Origin: Octopus vulgaris
Taxonomy: Eukaryota
Assembly (NCBI GenBank): GCA_951406725.2
Contig: OX597819.1
Coordinates: forward strand, 65,100,001 to 65,164,000
Length of the DNA stretch: 64,000 nt
Direction of reading: 5' to 3'
Numbering within the stretch: position 1 is the stretch's first letter; each line of letters starts with the position of its first letter. Under the pieces are notes generated by a model that was not told the origin of the DNA, made no database searches, and saw only the letters and a program-made list of their open reading frames with translations. This document shows positions 41,799 through 55,609 of the stretch, one piece after another. A program made the translations under genes and the position numbers.

Positions 41799-42025
41799 TA
41801 TATAGGTGTGTGTATGTATATGTATGTGTGCATTTGCCGGTATGATGATAGAAGTAGACATACAGACAAACGAAAACTCTTCAGAGCCTCAGAGATGAGA
41901 AGGAAGAGAAAAAGAGAGCCACGAAGACCTTTTGAAATATATTAAGATTAAGAAGCATGCATATATATATATATATATATATACAGACATACACACATAT
42001 ATATGAATATATACATACATACATA

Positions 42026-42087
<62 letters not shown>

Positions 42088-43452
42088 TATAAACATATAT
42101 ATTTATATGTATGTATAAATATATGTATGTATGTATAAATGTATTTATATGCTTTTGAACATATACATACATTACGCATACATGTGTCTACATATGTGCG
42201 TATATATAATATCAAATGTACAGTTATACATGCACGCAAGCATGCATATGTCCAGTATTTGTGATCTGGGAAAACATCAAAACCGATCGAAATGTCCTTG
42301 AATACTGATAAATTATATCCCAACTCACTGAAGTTTATTCAGCTATTAGGAAATGAACAGTAGATGTGTTTGCCTGAGCGAGCTGTCAGCAATATAATTG
42401 CACTGTTCACCATATTACTTCCGGTAGTTCGATGCATTAGCTTCTAGCCGCCATCGTTCGTTCGGCAAAACATATTACCTACATGTAGTGTGCGGCTGTT
42501 TGTTTGCATGTATTTGTATATATATATATCTTGCTTATTCTCATTTTTCTTTTCTTTCTCTCATATTTTATTTTACTGATGTGATTTTTACGTTTATGTC
42601 CAGCTGCTGCCTGAGCATAAATCCCAGCAGAAAATTAGCATGTAAAAGGATCTCCGTCGTTTTCAAATTATTATTACTTTTATCCTGTTTTCTCAATGAT
42701 TCTTTCTTTACAGATCGGAACAAAAATGTACGCTCATAGTTAGCCGTTTTAGGCATATCACGAATTAAACTTTATTAAAACGTGTCGGCGGCCGCTTAAA
42801 TATAGCTTGCCTCGGAGACCATCTGGACAACTCGGGACAACTAAATTTCTCAGAATAAAAATAATTTCTCCCATATATTCCATTATATATTGTCACTGAT
42901 CTACTTTGTACGAGGCTTTTACCAAATTATTTGTTAACAAATACCTTTGAGAAAACGAGAATATTCAGGTGTTCGGTCATGTATCTGACAATTGAGATAG
43001 CTTGTATGTGGTTAATGTTTTCAGAAATCCATTTCCTTCATACCTTTTCATCAATAGCCTAAAGGTTGTCATGCCATTCATAACGCAATCATTGCACGTT
43101 GAACTTAGCTGAAGATGTTTTGAAACTCATGATATGATATATAACTCTTTACCTTTCTGTTGATGTTAATATGTGTGAAAAATTACAAATGAAGTTTCGT
43201 AAATTAGAAGCGAAAATGCAATAATATAAATTAGTGAACGTTTTTTATGATATTATTTACGTAAAATTTCAGTTTTGATTTCTTCAGCTTCATTTATTCA
43301 ACTAGAAACCAACAAACAAAAAACAAAGAAATAATTAAATGAATCTAAGAATCGTACGGAAATGACACGAATAGGAGGTAGACAGTTATATAAATGCTAC
43401 TACCATACAACAACGACTACTACTACTGCTACTACTACTACTACTACTGCTG

Positions 43453-43510
<58 letters not shown>

Positions 43511-43579
43511 CGCTGCTCTCTTCCTCCTCCTCCTCATATTACTACTACTACTGCTAAATAATGGTGATGATGATAATAG

Positions 43580-43626
<47 letters not shown>

Positions 43627-44470
43627 GTGATGATGACGAAAACGAAATTTATGATTACTATGGTGATGAAGGTAAACAGATAAAAACTTACATCGATATA
43701 TTTGAAATTCTTTAAAATGTATCAACAACTCCAGAAAATGTTGAATAAAACAAAACGAAATGGAACAAAAATAATCATGAGCATTAAGATATTAAAATTT
43801 CAGATTATAATCATCAACTTTCAAGACATTAAATTTTTGTACTAAAATATTAATTGTCTATCACATTTCTAACGCTTTTGTTGATATCTTTGTATTTTCA
43901 ATAATTTTTTTTTTTTGTGGGGCATTTTTTTTTTGTAATTTCCTGGTGATCAACATATTGTTTATAGTGGAATGAAATGATTTTTTGATATACGAGGTAT
44001 TCTCATTTTTATCGTTTATTTATAAATGCAAGAATGGCTGTGTGGTAGAGAAGCTAGCTTTGCAAACCCGCGGATTCGGGTCAAGTTTTCCCCTACTGGA
44101 TTTCGACCAAGTATCTTCTACTAAATGTAAACATGCATTTCTGCCTCAGCCATCTCTTGATAACCAGTGTCTGTGTGTCGACCAATTGAGTCAGATACAA
44201 TAAGCATCTGACTCAAAACATCAGTAATAGGATCGATTCGCTCGACTAAAATTTTTCAAAGGGGTGCCATACTCTTTTAATTGTTTCAATCATTTGACTG
44301 CAGCCATGCTGAAGCACCGCCTTTAGTCGAGCACATCGACCCTAGGACTTATTCTTTATAAACCTAATATTTATTCTATCCGTCTCTTTTGCCGGAACGC
44401 TAAGTTACTGGGACGTAAACACATCACCATCGGTTGTTAAGCGATGTTGGGGACAAACACAGACACACAA

Positions 44471-44551
<81 letters not shown>

Positions 44552-44887
44552 ATATAATATGATATAATATAATATAATTTAAACGACGGGCTTCTTTCAG
44601 TTTCCGTCTACCAAATCCACTCACAAGTCTTTGGTCGGCCCGATGCTACAGTAGGAGACAATGGCCAAAAGTGTGAGCTAGTGGGATTGCATCCAGAACT
44701 ATGATGTTGGATGGCAAACTTACCACATGTACACACCTGTGATTATATAGTGTGATTAGCTCTTATTTCATACTTACCGTTTCTTCTCCAGAATGGGTTC
44801 TGGTGAAGTTCTGAGGTGGCAGTGCTGCTCCTTGTATTTCCTGTCACCATATTGCCTCTTTGATGAGAAGATTGCATTGCAATAAAC

Positions 44888-45117
44888 GCGGCGAGCTGGC
44901 AGAAACGTTTGCCCACCGGGCGAACTGCTCAGAGGTATTTCGTCTGTCTTTACGTTCTGAGTTCAAATTTCGCCGAGGCCAACTTTGCTTTTCATCCTTT
45001 CGGGGTCGATAAATTAAGTACCACTTACGTACTGGGGGTCGAGGTAATCGACTTAATCCCTTTGTCTGTGTTTGTTTGTCCCCTTTATATTTAGCTCCTT
45101 GTGGGCAATAAAAAATA
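44888..45117 (+). mobile_element. Family-1 SINE with TSD
   Basis: Full head, core and tail; flanking direct repeat AAGATTGCATTG. Confidence 0.85.
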
Positions 45118-45498
45118 AGATTGCATTGTTTTATATCATTTTATTCCTTCAGGAATAATACCAATGTTTTCTTCGAAACGTATGTCTGAAGTATAAAGAT
45201 TTGATTAATACGTGCGTTCAACTCCATTTATTTATTTATCTATATAATACAAAAACATTTCACATAAACCTGCAATTTCTGCATTTATAAGTAGGCTGTT
45301 ACGGCCTTAGTACTTATGTGAAATTTTGCTACCCTGGAAGCTATTTGTTTTTTCCATTTCTTTGTAAACGTTGAAAAACACACACACACATATATATATG
45401 TATACATATTTATATATACATATGTATAAGTATGTGTGTACATATATAGGTATATATATGTATATATATATACATGTAGATATATATATGTATATATT

Positions 45499-45532
<34 letters not shown>

Positions 45533-45739
45533 ATACATATATATATACATATATATACATATATATGTACACACATACATATACATATATATAAATATAC
45601 ATATACATATGTATATGTATGTGTGTACATATATATGTATATATATGTATATATATATATGTAGACATATATATGTATATATTTATATATATACACATAT
45701 ATATATATATATATATGTATGTATATAAATATGTATGTA

Positions 45740-45783
<44 letters not shown>

Positions 45784-45787
45784 TCCA

Positions 45788-46181
45788 CGCAGGAGTGGCC
45801 GTGTGGTAAGTAGCTTGCTAACCAACCACATGGTTCTGGGTTCAGTCCCACTGCGTGGCATCTTGAGCAAGTGTCTTCTGCTACAGCCCCGGGCCGACCA
45901 ATGCCTTGTGAGTGGATTTGGTAGACGGAAACTGAAAGAAGCCTGTCGTATATATGTATATATATATTTGTATGTGTGTGTTTGTGTGTCTGTGTTTGTC
46001 CCCCTAGCGTTGCTTGACAACCGATGCTGGTGTGTTTATGTCCCCGTCACCTAGCGGTTCGGCAAAAGAGACCGATAGAATAAGTACTGGGCTTACAAAG
46101 AATAAGTCCCTGGGTCGAGTTGCTCGATTAAAGACGGTGCTCCAGCATGGCCGCAGTCAAAATGACTGAAACAAGTAAAAA
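45788..46181 (+). mobile_element. tRNA-derived SINE family 2 with an internal (TA)n(TG)n microsatellite
   Basis: Head GCAGGAGTGGCCGTGTGGTAAG..GGGTTCAGTCCCAC; body GTGAGTGGATTTGGTAGACGGAAACTGAAAGAAG; tail GGTGCTCCAGCATGGCCGCAGTCAAAATGACTGAAAC. Other copies at ~10458-10905(+), 12228-12368(+, partial), 20662-21150(+), 38020-38463(+), 44034-44270(+, decayed), 44272-44740(-), 61112-61590(-). Confidence 0.9.
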
Positions 46182-46447
46182 AAGAAAATATATATATATA
46201 TATATATATATGATGGACTTTCCTGTCGTTACACGACGTATAAGGGTTCGACTATTTCTTACCGAACACAGATTTTTTCACAGTGATCAAATGTTTGTGT
46301 AGACATAAACTCAGTCACTCCATCAGATCGACATTACCTGTACAGGTGCACGGGTGCCGCATGTTAGATGTCGAAATGATTACAGAGCAATGTGCTTTGC
46401 TCAAGAATACAATGCAACGCTCGGTCTGGGAATCGAACCCACAATCT

Positions 46448-46486
<39 letters not shown>

Positions 46487-49400
46487 GCATAGGTTACTCG
46501 TTTCGCTCTAGGATGTAGATTCTTTTGAAAATGTGATCATACCTTTTGGCTCGCTATTTTGGCGCAAGCATACGTTCAAAATTTCAGAAAAACAGTTACT
46601 TCGTCGAATAAGGATTAAGTCTTCCTCTAAATATCCGATAAGGCACAGGTCAAACATTTCTGTTGCTTTTTGAACACATGCATCTATACACATACGCGCT
46701 CGTACACACGTACACACACGCACACACACAGACACAACACACACATACACATATATGTAAACGCATGAATTGGTTAAGTGTGTGTGTGGTAGAGAATTTG
46801 TTATTCCCGTGTCTATGTGCGCCCATCTACATATGTCTCTTTCAAATGATATAAGCAAAGCAGTCGGCCAGCAAGCAGTGAGAGAATCCTTGAGCTTCGA
46901 TAGTTACGTTGACCTATATGCTAAAGATTATATATATATGTAACTTCTGGGCATCGAGTTTGTATGTATACACACTCTTCCCATACACACACACGCAGGC
47001 ACACACATACACAGACACAGACACACGCGCTCGCACACACAAACACGCACATACAGAAAGAAACACATAAACGCACACATACATACATATGTATGTGTGG
47101 TGGTGGTGGTGGTGGTGGTGGTTTAGGTGGTGGTGGTGATGGTGGCGGTCGTAGGGTGTATGATACAGTGCATATGCCATTTGTTTCCGCTACATTAATT
47201 TCCTACTCCAGAAAAAGATAATTTAATGCTGTTTTTAATTTTAAATAAAAAAAAGTTCATTGTTCAAACTAAATAAATAGACTGAAATTTCGCATCAGCT
47301 TTATCATTGTAAATTACATTGTATATCGTTTTCATCTTTCGACCTATCATTAATACATTTCGTAGGGAAGTTTTTCGTGGAGAAGTTGTTCGTACAGAAG
47401 TTTTTTGTAGAAAAATTCGTCACTTGACCAAATATTTATCCAGCTTGTAAATAAGATCAAATTTTGAAAATCATAATTTCAATGCAGATAAATTACCAAC
47501 ATAATAAGAGCTAACTAAATAGAATTAACACTCTTTTATTGTATTATAATGTTAGATTTTATGCACGCTAGTTTACCAATGTTATATAATAGTATCTTGT
47601 CAAATGATTTTATAAGATAAACTTGTAGCTTCTGCAGGCGTCCATTTCTCGATTGTCAGTGTTACACTTCATTTTAATTGTAGTAAACTACATTTATGCA
47701 TTTAGCTTTAGTAACTTACCACGGAAACACACATGACACGAATTAGTATTTTGATTATTTCTCCGTTTTGAAAATGTTATTACACAGCGAGAAACTTCGT
47801 CGTCTGCATATCACACGAAACAATTGTACATATGATAAAATGGAAATAAAAGAAGAGCGGTAAACTACTCACTATTATGAATATCAAGCTGTGATAGATC
47901 TTCGGACTGCATCAACTTTTATGCAATAAAAATGAGAGTAATTACGGATACGGAGGAAATCGGTCGTTGAACTCATAATGCAAGAGGAGGAAATATTTTC
48001 GTGATTCCTGGTTCTCCTTTGAATATGAAGGAATATATTTCCAGAAGAATTGCAACATTTTACTGAGAGGATTTGATTTTCTCACAACTATCAGTTGGCT
48101 TACAAGGAACATATATTGGTAAGTATCTATAGCATAGATTTCTCATACGTGTTACAGAAAAACAAACATCAAAATTATTACGGGAAACAGTCAAATAATC
48201 TCCCTTTGAATCTGGATGAACAATATATAACAGCAGCAACAAGACAAAATGTTTCATAATTATCACAGTTCGCAGGCGAATTGATTGTTCTTTGAATCTC
48301 CTGCAATACAATTGTTATATGCAATGACTGGGGACATTATCTCATTGAATTCCATGACGGACTCTTTGGAACATGTATTTACCTAGTGAATAATGCTACG
48401 TAACTCATTCTTTGTTAGATGACCCTGTGTCATCAACTTCACACAGTTCTCCGTATCGGGTGTAGTCTCTCAGAATATTCAACTATGATGATGATGATAT
48501 TCAACAACTTCTTTTACAACCTGCCCTGAATAATTGCGTACAAGTCATTTTAGATTTGAATGTCGTTAGACTTCACCTGTATAGGAACTTCACGGTCATT
48601 TTATCATCGTCAAAATGACGAAGGTATGAATTAAATAAAGATGAACCGTCGTGCACAATCGCTTCTTCAGTTCGAAATGGTGAACACTTAGCGTGAAGCG
48701 TACTATCTATTTAACTCTCAACTCATATCATCTAAGCAGCTAGAAACGTCATCTGTATAGGAAGGCTGGCGTCTGGGGCTCGTCATTTTGCAGCAAACCA
48801 GTTTCAATAAAAGATGAAATGGCTAATTTCAAAAATGATTCACACAGGCAATTATTCCTTTCCAGTGATAATTTACAGCTAAATATTATGTGCAGACTTG
48901 CTAGTGAATATAGCGGTAATTGTTTCAGGCTGTTGTGTTTCAGATGTAAATTCCGGAAGAAGTCCAGGGTTTGCATGTTAATATGCCGTGTTTGTGCATT
49001 CAAGCGACCATGTTTCGCAGGCTCACAGCTAAACACAGAATTGTTGCATACTAAACATTGTGCAATGCAGTCGTGTGCGGCGGCAATAAATTCAAATTTC
49101 GGGTAATTAGTGATCAATTGACGAACCGTTTTCTTGCTGGAGGAAGCCAGCGGGAATTAATCGGTTTATAATAGAGTGTAGTGGTTAGTAGACAATATAC
49201 AACACCAAAATCCTCTAAACCTCTCAAAAATATTAAAAATGCAGGCCTCCTTATACATACAAACATGATTATGCATAATTAATGAAATATCCCTCCCGCA
49301 ACATTCAGTTAAATTGGTTTCAATGTTCTTTCACCACATTAAACTCATTCACATGGGTGCCCACATAAATTATAACGCAGCTTGCACATTTTTATATTTG

Positions 49401-50127
49401 TATATGCTTTTCTTGTTTCGTAATATCAGTTTGTGATAGAATGAATCCAGCCGTATATAGTCATATACTGTGAACCGACATGAATGCCGTGTTCGAAACA
49501 CTGAATGCAGCATTTTAAATCCTCTTGCGAGGAGGGGTTATATTCTGACATTCGTAAGTTTCAAAAGTATATGTATAATTAGATATAAAACGATCTCAGT
49601 TTAAGTCGCATATTTGACCAATCTAACCGTACTAGACTGCTGACGATAAAGAAAAGGTAATTTTGAAAATGGTCTCCATAACCAGCAGAATGGAGAGAAC
49701 TACAGCTTTTCAAGAGATTTATAGTAATAAACATAACTGTAAATTATGCAATGGTGGGTAAAAGCATTGGCACCGGGTGAATTGTCCCATACATGTATTT
49801 TAATATTGCATAGATAGGAAGACTGCATGTAACCCAAGGAACTTCATGTTTTCGATATATTTATGGTCAGCTGTTTCTTGTTTATTTCTGACCTCAAATG
49901 AACGTTGATGCTGTGATATAAAATCTTAGATAATATTAGATATTTTGAATGTTTAGTTATTAGGTTCAGCTCTTATGACCTGCCACTTACCTATTCCTCT
50001 GCCGGCCACACTTGCCCCAAATTTTCCCCACACAAATGCATATTGACCAGTTGGGAAGCATGTGCTAAAAGCTTGAGAATCACTAGTATAAAGTGAAGGG
50101 TCAAATCTAGTTAAATTATTTTCTAGT

Positions 50128-50305
50128 GTGTCTGAGGGGAGTCATTCTCTTTTGGTGCCTTTTAATTTAACACACTCACCGGTAAAATTTCCATTTCTCT
50201 CTTGCAACGAATATTTGAGAAAAACTTTAATATGTAAAATAGAAATGTGGAAATTTTACCGGTGAGTGTGTTAGGTACCAAAAGAGAATGATTCTCCCCA
50301 GACAC
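50128..50305. repeat. Fold-back element with ~65-70 bp imperfect inverted arms (MITE or inverted pLTR)
   Basis: GTGTCTGAGGGGAGTCATTCTCTTTTGGTGCC..TAACACACTCACCGGTAAAATTTCCA pairs with TGGAAATTTTACCGGTGAGTGTGTTAGGTACCAAAAGAGAATGATTCTCCCCAGACAC. Confidence 0.8.
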
Positions 50306-51675
50306 AACAGAATATGCTTCAACACACAATTTCACATAAAGAATCTTGGAAACTAAATCAATAAACGAAATATTCTCTAGTGCTCTTTTTAGCATCATCG
50401 GAAGACTTTCATCGCATTATCTTAAAATTTAATCATTACATTTCATAGTTGATTCTATTTAAAAAATTAAAGAATTTAAGTTTAGAATTTCTCTACTGAA
50501 AACTACTTGTAAAATAATACGAAATAAAGAATGAACAAAGATGCATTATTTCTGTAAATTCTTATTTCAAAATACTGTTTGACAAGTTATCGTTATTAAC
50601 AAATATTTTTTGTATCATTGAACCAATATAATTTTCTTTCTTCTAGTCTTTGCTTACAATAAAACAACATTTATAGTTTGGAACAAAATTATCTATTTAG
50701 GGCATAGATCGAACGTCTACTATGTATTTAGAAGTCAGTATATTGGATTGTATATGTGAGAGCGATAATTTCCTTCCATCGTTCACGATCATCTTCAATG
50801 TAGAATATAGAGTAAAGCTTTAGATTACTTGTAAAAAATAAGTTCCTGCCATGAATATAGTTTTATATATACACACAAATGCACATACATATACACACAA
50901 ACACGCACACCCGCACGCACGTATACACACGCACACACACACAAACACACAAACACACAGAAACGCACACACACACACACACACACACACATAAACATAT
51001 GTATGAAAGCTGAAAGAGTAGGGTTAGATAGGCTTAGATATAGATATATTGAACCACACATATACATAAACCAATGTACGTATCTCTTTATAATATGGTC
51101 TATGAGAATGTTTCGTTGTATGTGTTTAAGTGTAATTTTAAGTCATAAACAGCAACGATTTGTCGGTTAATATCCTCCTAAAAAGCGGATCAAAAATGAA
51201 GATATTATTTATATAAAGTGCAATCTGATATACGCTCTGAGCTTCATGTGAATAACGAAACTTGCGTTCATTGCCCTATCAGCCCTGCCTTCCATTGCCT
51301 GAAATCAGTGTAACAGTATATTCATGCATACATACATACATACATACATACATACATACATACATACATACATACATACATACATACATACGTACGTACG
51401 TACATACATACGTACGTTTGTACATACATGCCTCGACGCAAATTACATTCAAGGATCCATCGCAAATAGATGCAGCTTCTTGTTTTTAAATTTATTTTGT
51501 TTCTGTCTCACATTTTTTCTTGTCCTCATTCCCGTCGAAATCAACAGGAGTAATCATCATATACATGTGTATACATAAGAGTGTGTGTATGTGTGTGTAT
51601 GTCTGTGTGTGTGCATGCTTTTACGTATCTATATACACTTATACTTATATCACTGCTTTGGCTGTATCTGCGCCA

Positions 51676-51818
<143 letters not shown>

Positions 51819-52182
51819 AATATGTCTGATCCCATATGCACACATTACCGGCATATCTACGAGTGAGAGAACGAAACGAAATGATGATGATATGGCAGAA
51901 ATCAATACTTAGGAAATCTGGAAGACAAGTGGTCGATATTAATGCATTACAGGAACTTTTCATGCCAAACTATCATAGCCATTACCACCAAACATTTGTC
52001 CCAAGAAGTCCATAATAATTTGCGACAATGCCATCTGCGTCTATCAGAAATGCTATGGTTTCCGCATGAATCAATGCAGATATACACGTCGTCGACTATG
52101 GAGTTGTTTTTATCTTTCCTTTCTTTTTCCTACCTTGTTATTGTTGGTTTCATGTCTGTAGTGTTAACAGTAGTAGTAGTAG

Positions 52183-52241
<59 letters not shown>

Positions 52242-52260
52242 ATAGTAGTAATAGTAATAA

Positions 52261-52293
<33 letters not shown>

Positions 52294-52482
52294 CAGCAGC
52301 ATTAGCCACAACAGTAGTAGTAGTAGTAGTAGTGTAGTGGCTGTTGTGGTTGTTGTTGCTGTTAACGGTGGTGGTTGTGGTTGCTCTGTAGGTGATTGTA
52401 GTAGTTAAAGTGGTAGTACTGGTCGATATGATTGATGTTGAAACGGTTGGAGTATACAGTGATGGTGGTAGTCTTCGTTCTC

Positions 52483-52559
<77 letters not shown>

Positions 52560-52800
52560 GCTACTACTACTACTACTACTACTACCACTACTACTACTAG
52601 TATTTTCGCTTTTTTTTTGTATTTATTCTGTTATTGGCAGTGGTTGTGGTTTTGCTGTAATCGTTTAAGTTGTGATGGCGATTGTTTCAGCAAAAGTAAT
52701 AATCATATCATATAGAGTTGAATTGAATCACTTCCAGTATAAGATGCGGTAATAATGGTAGTTGTCGTCATCGTGTCATATTATTATTATTATTATTATT

Positions 52801-53357
52801 GAGTGAGAGAGCAGTGCATGCCATCAAAGTGACACTGGGGTAAAATATACGAAGCCCAGTATACCCATCATGACTACCTGTCTGATAAGGGTATACTAGG
52901 CACATACATCACAACCATATGTGCGCGAGATGGTGATCTCATATCAAGATAAACAGCACATGACCTTGCAGGTGGGGCCTAGGTAGAATTTTCTTCTGGT
53001 CGAGTAACCCATCCTACTCAAAAGGTTCCTGAATAAGGGTTGTTTAAGGATGCTGAACAAAACACCCATGTTTCCTGAGGTGAATTATTCAAACCACAAA
53101 GAATCCCTCTCAACACATGGCTATGATGCTCCCCCACTACTTCTGCTTGTGATCAGAGATGCACATATCGTCAGCTACTAAGGGACATGGTCAACTGGTT
53201 ATGGTCAAACAACTGATAATCAAATCTGTGGTATTGAGCAGAATATTTGCTGTAGCGCATTTTTTATACCAAGACACAACAATGTACATGATAACACTTC
53301 CAATCAGTTAAAATCAGAAGCCATGAGAGCCATTGCCTGGTACTGCTTCAGGGCATT
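52801..53357. mobile_element. ~555-bp non-coding interspersed element bounded by (TTA)n
   Basis: Sharp boundaries against TTA repeats on both sides; no recognisable ORF; first unit in a stack of TAA-associated retroelements. Confidence 0.5.
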
Positions 53358-53429
53358 TATTATTATTATTATCATCATCATCATCATCATCATCATCGTC
53401 ATTATTATCATTAATATTATTATTTATTG

Positions 53430-53960
53430 TGCTTGCAAGCTTCTAACGCTGGAGATGTACTATCGTGTCAGCTGTTCACTACCAGTGAACTAACGTAACA
53501 TCCCTTATTTTTCGAGCACCATCTGGAGTATACTAGCGATTCGATGCACCGCTGTTCTCTGCAGCCCTTATTTGTTCCAAGTAGTTACTCAAAATTTTAT
53601 TAACTTGTCCCAGTGCTCCGACAATTATTGGCATTACTACCACCTTTTTCACCGACCACTACTGCTTAACCTCCCAAGCTAACCTGTCATATCTATCGAA
53701 CTTTTTGTGTTCCTTATCGCATACCTTGTTGTCAGCTGGGCATGCTATATATGATACAGCATAGTTGGCTTTTTTTTCTCAATTAAGACTATGTCTGGCT
53801 TCCTATTTTCTATCACATGGTCGCACTGAATCATAAAATCTCACAGGATCGTTGCATTATGCTTTTCGATGATGCCTTCGGGTTCATGGTCGTACTAACA
53901 TTTTGCTCTGTCAAGTCCATACTTGTTTAAGAGTGTTCAATGGACAAGCCTTGTCATGGT
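53430..53960 (-). mobile_element. RLE-type (R4/Dong-like) retrotransposon 3' fragment, family B
   Basis: Minus strand gives DFMIQCDHVIENRKPDIVL..., IACPADNKV..., YDRLAWEVK, PIIVGALG; flanked by TTA/TTG repeats; homologous to 54875-55184. Confidence 0.8.
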
Positions 53961-54031
53961 ATTGTTGTTGTTATTGTTTTTGTTATTATTATTATTATTA
54001 TTGTTGTTGTTGTTATTATTATTATTATTAT

Positions 54032-54761
54032 TCAGTAGTTTTATTTTTATAGCGTGCTTTCACTTCACTACCGAGCACAGCTCTGTGTGCCTTGGGTATG
54101 TGCTGTGATTTGTTGTGATGCTCTGATGGTTATTGTATGGAAAGTGTTCTGCGTAGGATGTGTGCAGTGCCTAGTAGTGCAATTTTCTGTATGTTATATG
54201 TGTTTGTAAGTCCTGGTGTTTTTGTTATGTATTTGTCTGAATATTTTTTTTCATGCCTAATGCACCTACTATGATAGGAATTGTTTCTGTTTTCAGATTC
54301 CACATTCTAGTTACCTCTATTTCCAGGTCTTTGTATTTTGAGAGTTTCTCCATTTCTTTTAGAGACACGTTGTCATCTGCCGGTATTGATACATCAATTA
54401 GAAAGCATTCTTTTTCTTCATGATCTCTGACAACTATATCTGGTCTGTTAGCCTTAATTTCTCTATCTGTGTGTATCGGCATATCCCAGAGTATGGTTGC
54501 TTTCTCGTTTTCTGTGACCTTTTCTGGTGTGTGCCTATACCATCTTTTTTCTGTTGTTATTCCATAATGTTGGCATAGCTTCCAATGTATGTAGGTTCCA
54601 ACTCTGTCATGTCTGTGAATATATTCCTTCTTAGCCAGAACTGGGCAGCTAGAGATAATATGATTTATTGTTTCTTGTCCATCTCCACATATTCTGCAGT
54701 TACTTGTAATATTTCTTTTCATTACATGTTTTTGGTAATTTCTGGTGGGGAGGCTTTGGTC
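54032..54761 (-). mobile_element. 5'-truncated R4/Dong-like retrotransposon (CCHC knuckle + restriction-like endonuclease + 3'UTR), family A
   Basis: ORF 54225-54722: CRICGDGQETINHIISSC, RHDRV, RPDIVV...LIDVSIP...KLSKYKDL, PIIVGALG; frameshift at a T-run near 54245; (TTA)n on both sides. Confidence 0.9.
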
Positions 54762-54871
<110 letters not shown>

Positions 54872-54874
54872 TAT

Positions 54875-55184
54875 CGTCTTTGCAAGCTTCTAACGCTGGA
54901 GATATAGTACGGTTCCAGCTGTTCAATACCAGTGAGCTAGCGTATTTTTCGAACACCATCTACAGTATTGTAGCGGGTACAAACAATGCTGTTTTTTGCA
55001 AGTTCTGCACAATTATTGCAGCTGCTATTCGTTCCGTGTACTTTTCAAGACTTTTACTCATTGTTTCCAGGGCTCCGACAATTTTCATTGACCACAACTG
55101 CTTAACCTCCTGAGCTAACCTGTCATATCTATCGAATTTTCTTTTTTCCTTCTCGCATACGTTGTCAGATGGGCATGCTATAGC
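54875..55184 (-). mobile_element. RLE-type retrotransposon 3' fragment, family B second copy
   Basis: Shares TGCAAGCTTCTAACGCTGGAGAT, ACTGCTTAACCTCC and GCTAACCTGTCATATCTATCGAA with 53430-53760. Confidence 0.75.
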
Positions 55185-55397
55185 TATGAGTAGTAGTAGT
55201 GGCAGTAATTGTATTAGTGATGGTGTTTGTATTGGTGGTGTTGGTGTTGGTAGTAGTAGTAGAAGTAGTAGTAGTAGTAATAGTAGTAGTAGTAGAAGAA
55301 GTAGTTGTAGTAGTAGTGTCGGTGGTGGTGATAGTGGTTGCAGTAGTAGTAATGATGGTGTTGGTGGTGATAGTAGTAGTAATATTATTATTATTAT

Positions 55398-55445
<48 letters not shown>

Positions 55446-55571
55446 CAGTAGTAGTTGTAGTAGTAGTAGTAGTGATGGTAATGGTTGTGCTGGTGCTGGT
55501 ACTGGTGGTAGTAATAGTAGTAGTAGTATTAGTAGTGATAGCGATGGCAGTCGTGGTGGTGGTGCTGGTGC

Positions 55572-55609
<38 letters not shown>

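Noticed and set aside
48749-49117. Overlapping 122-aa and Cys-rich 95-aa ORFs
   Set aside because: No recognisable domain or splice context; lengths are compatible with chance.
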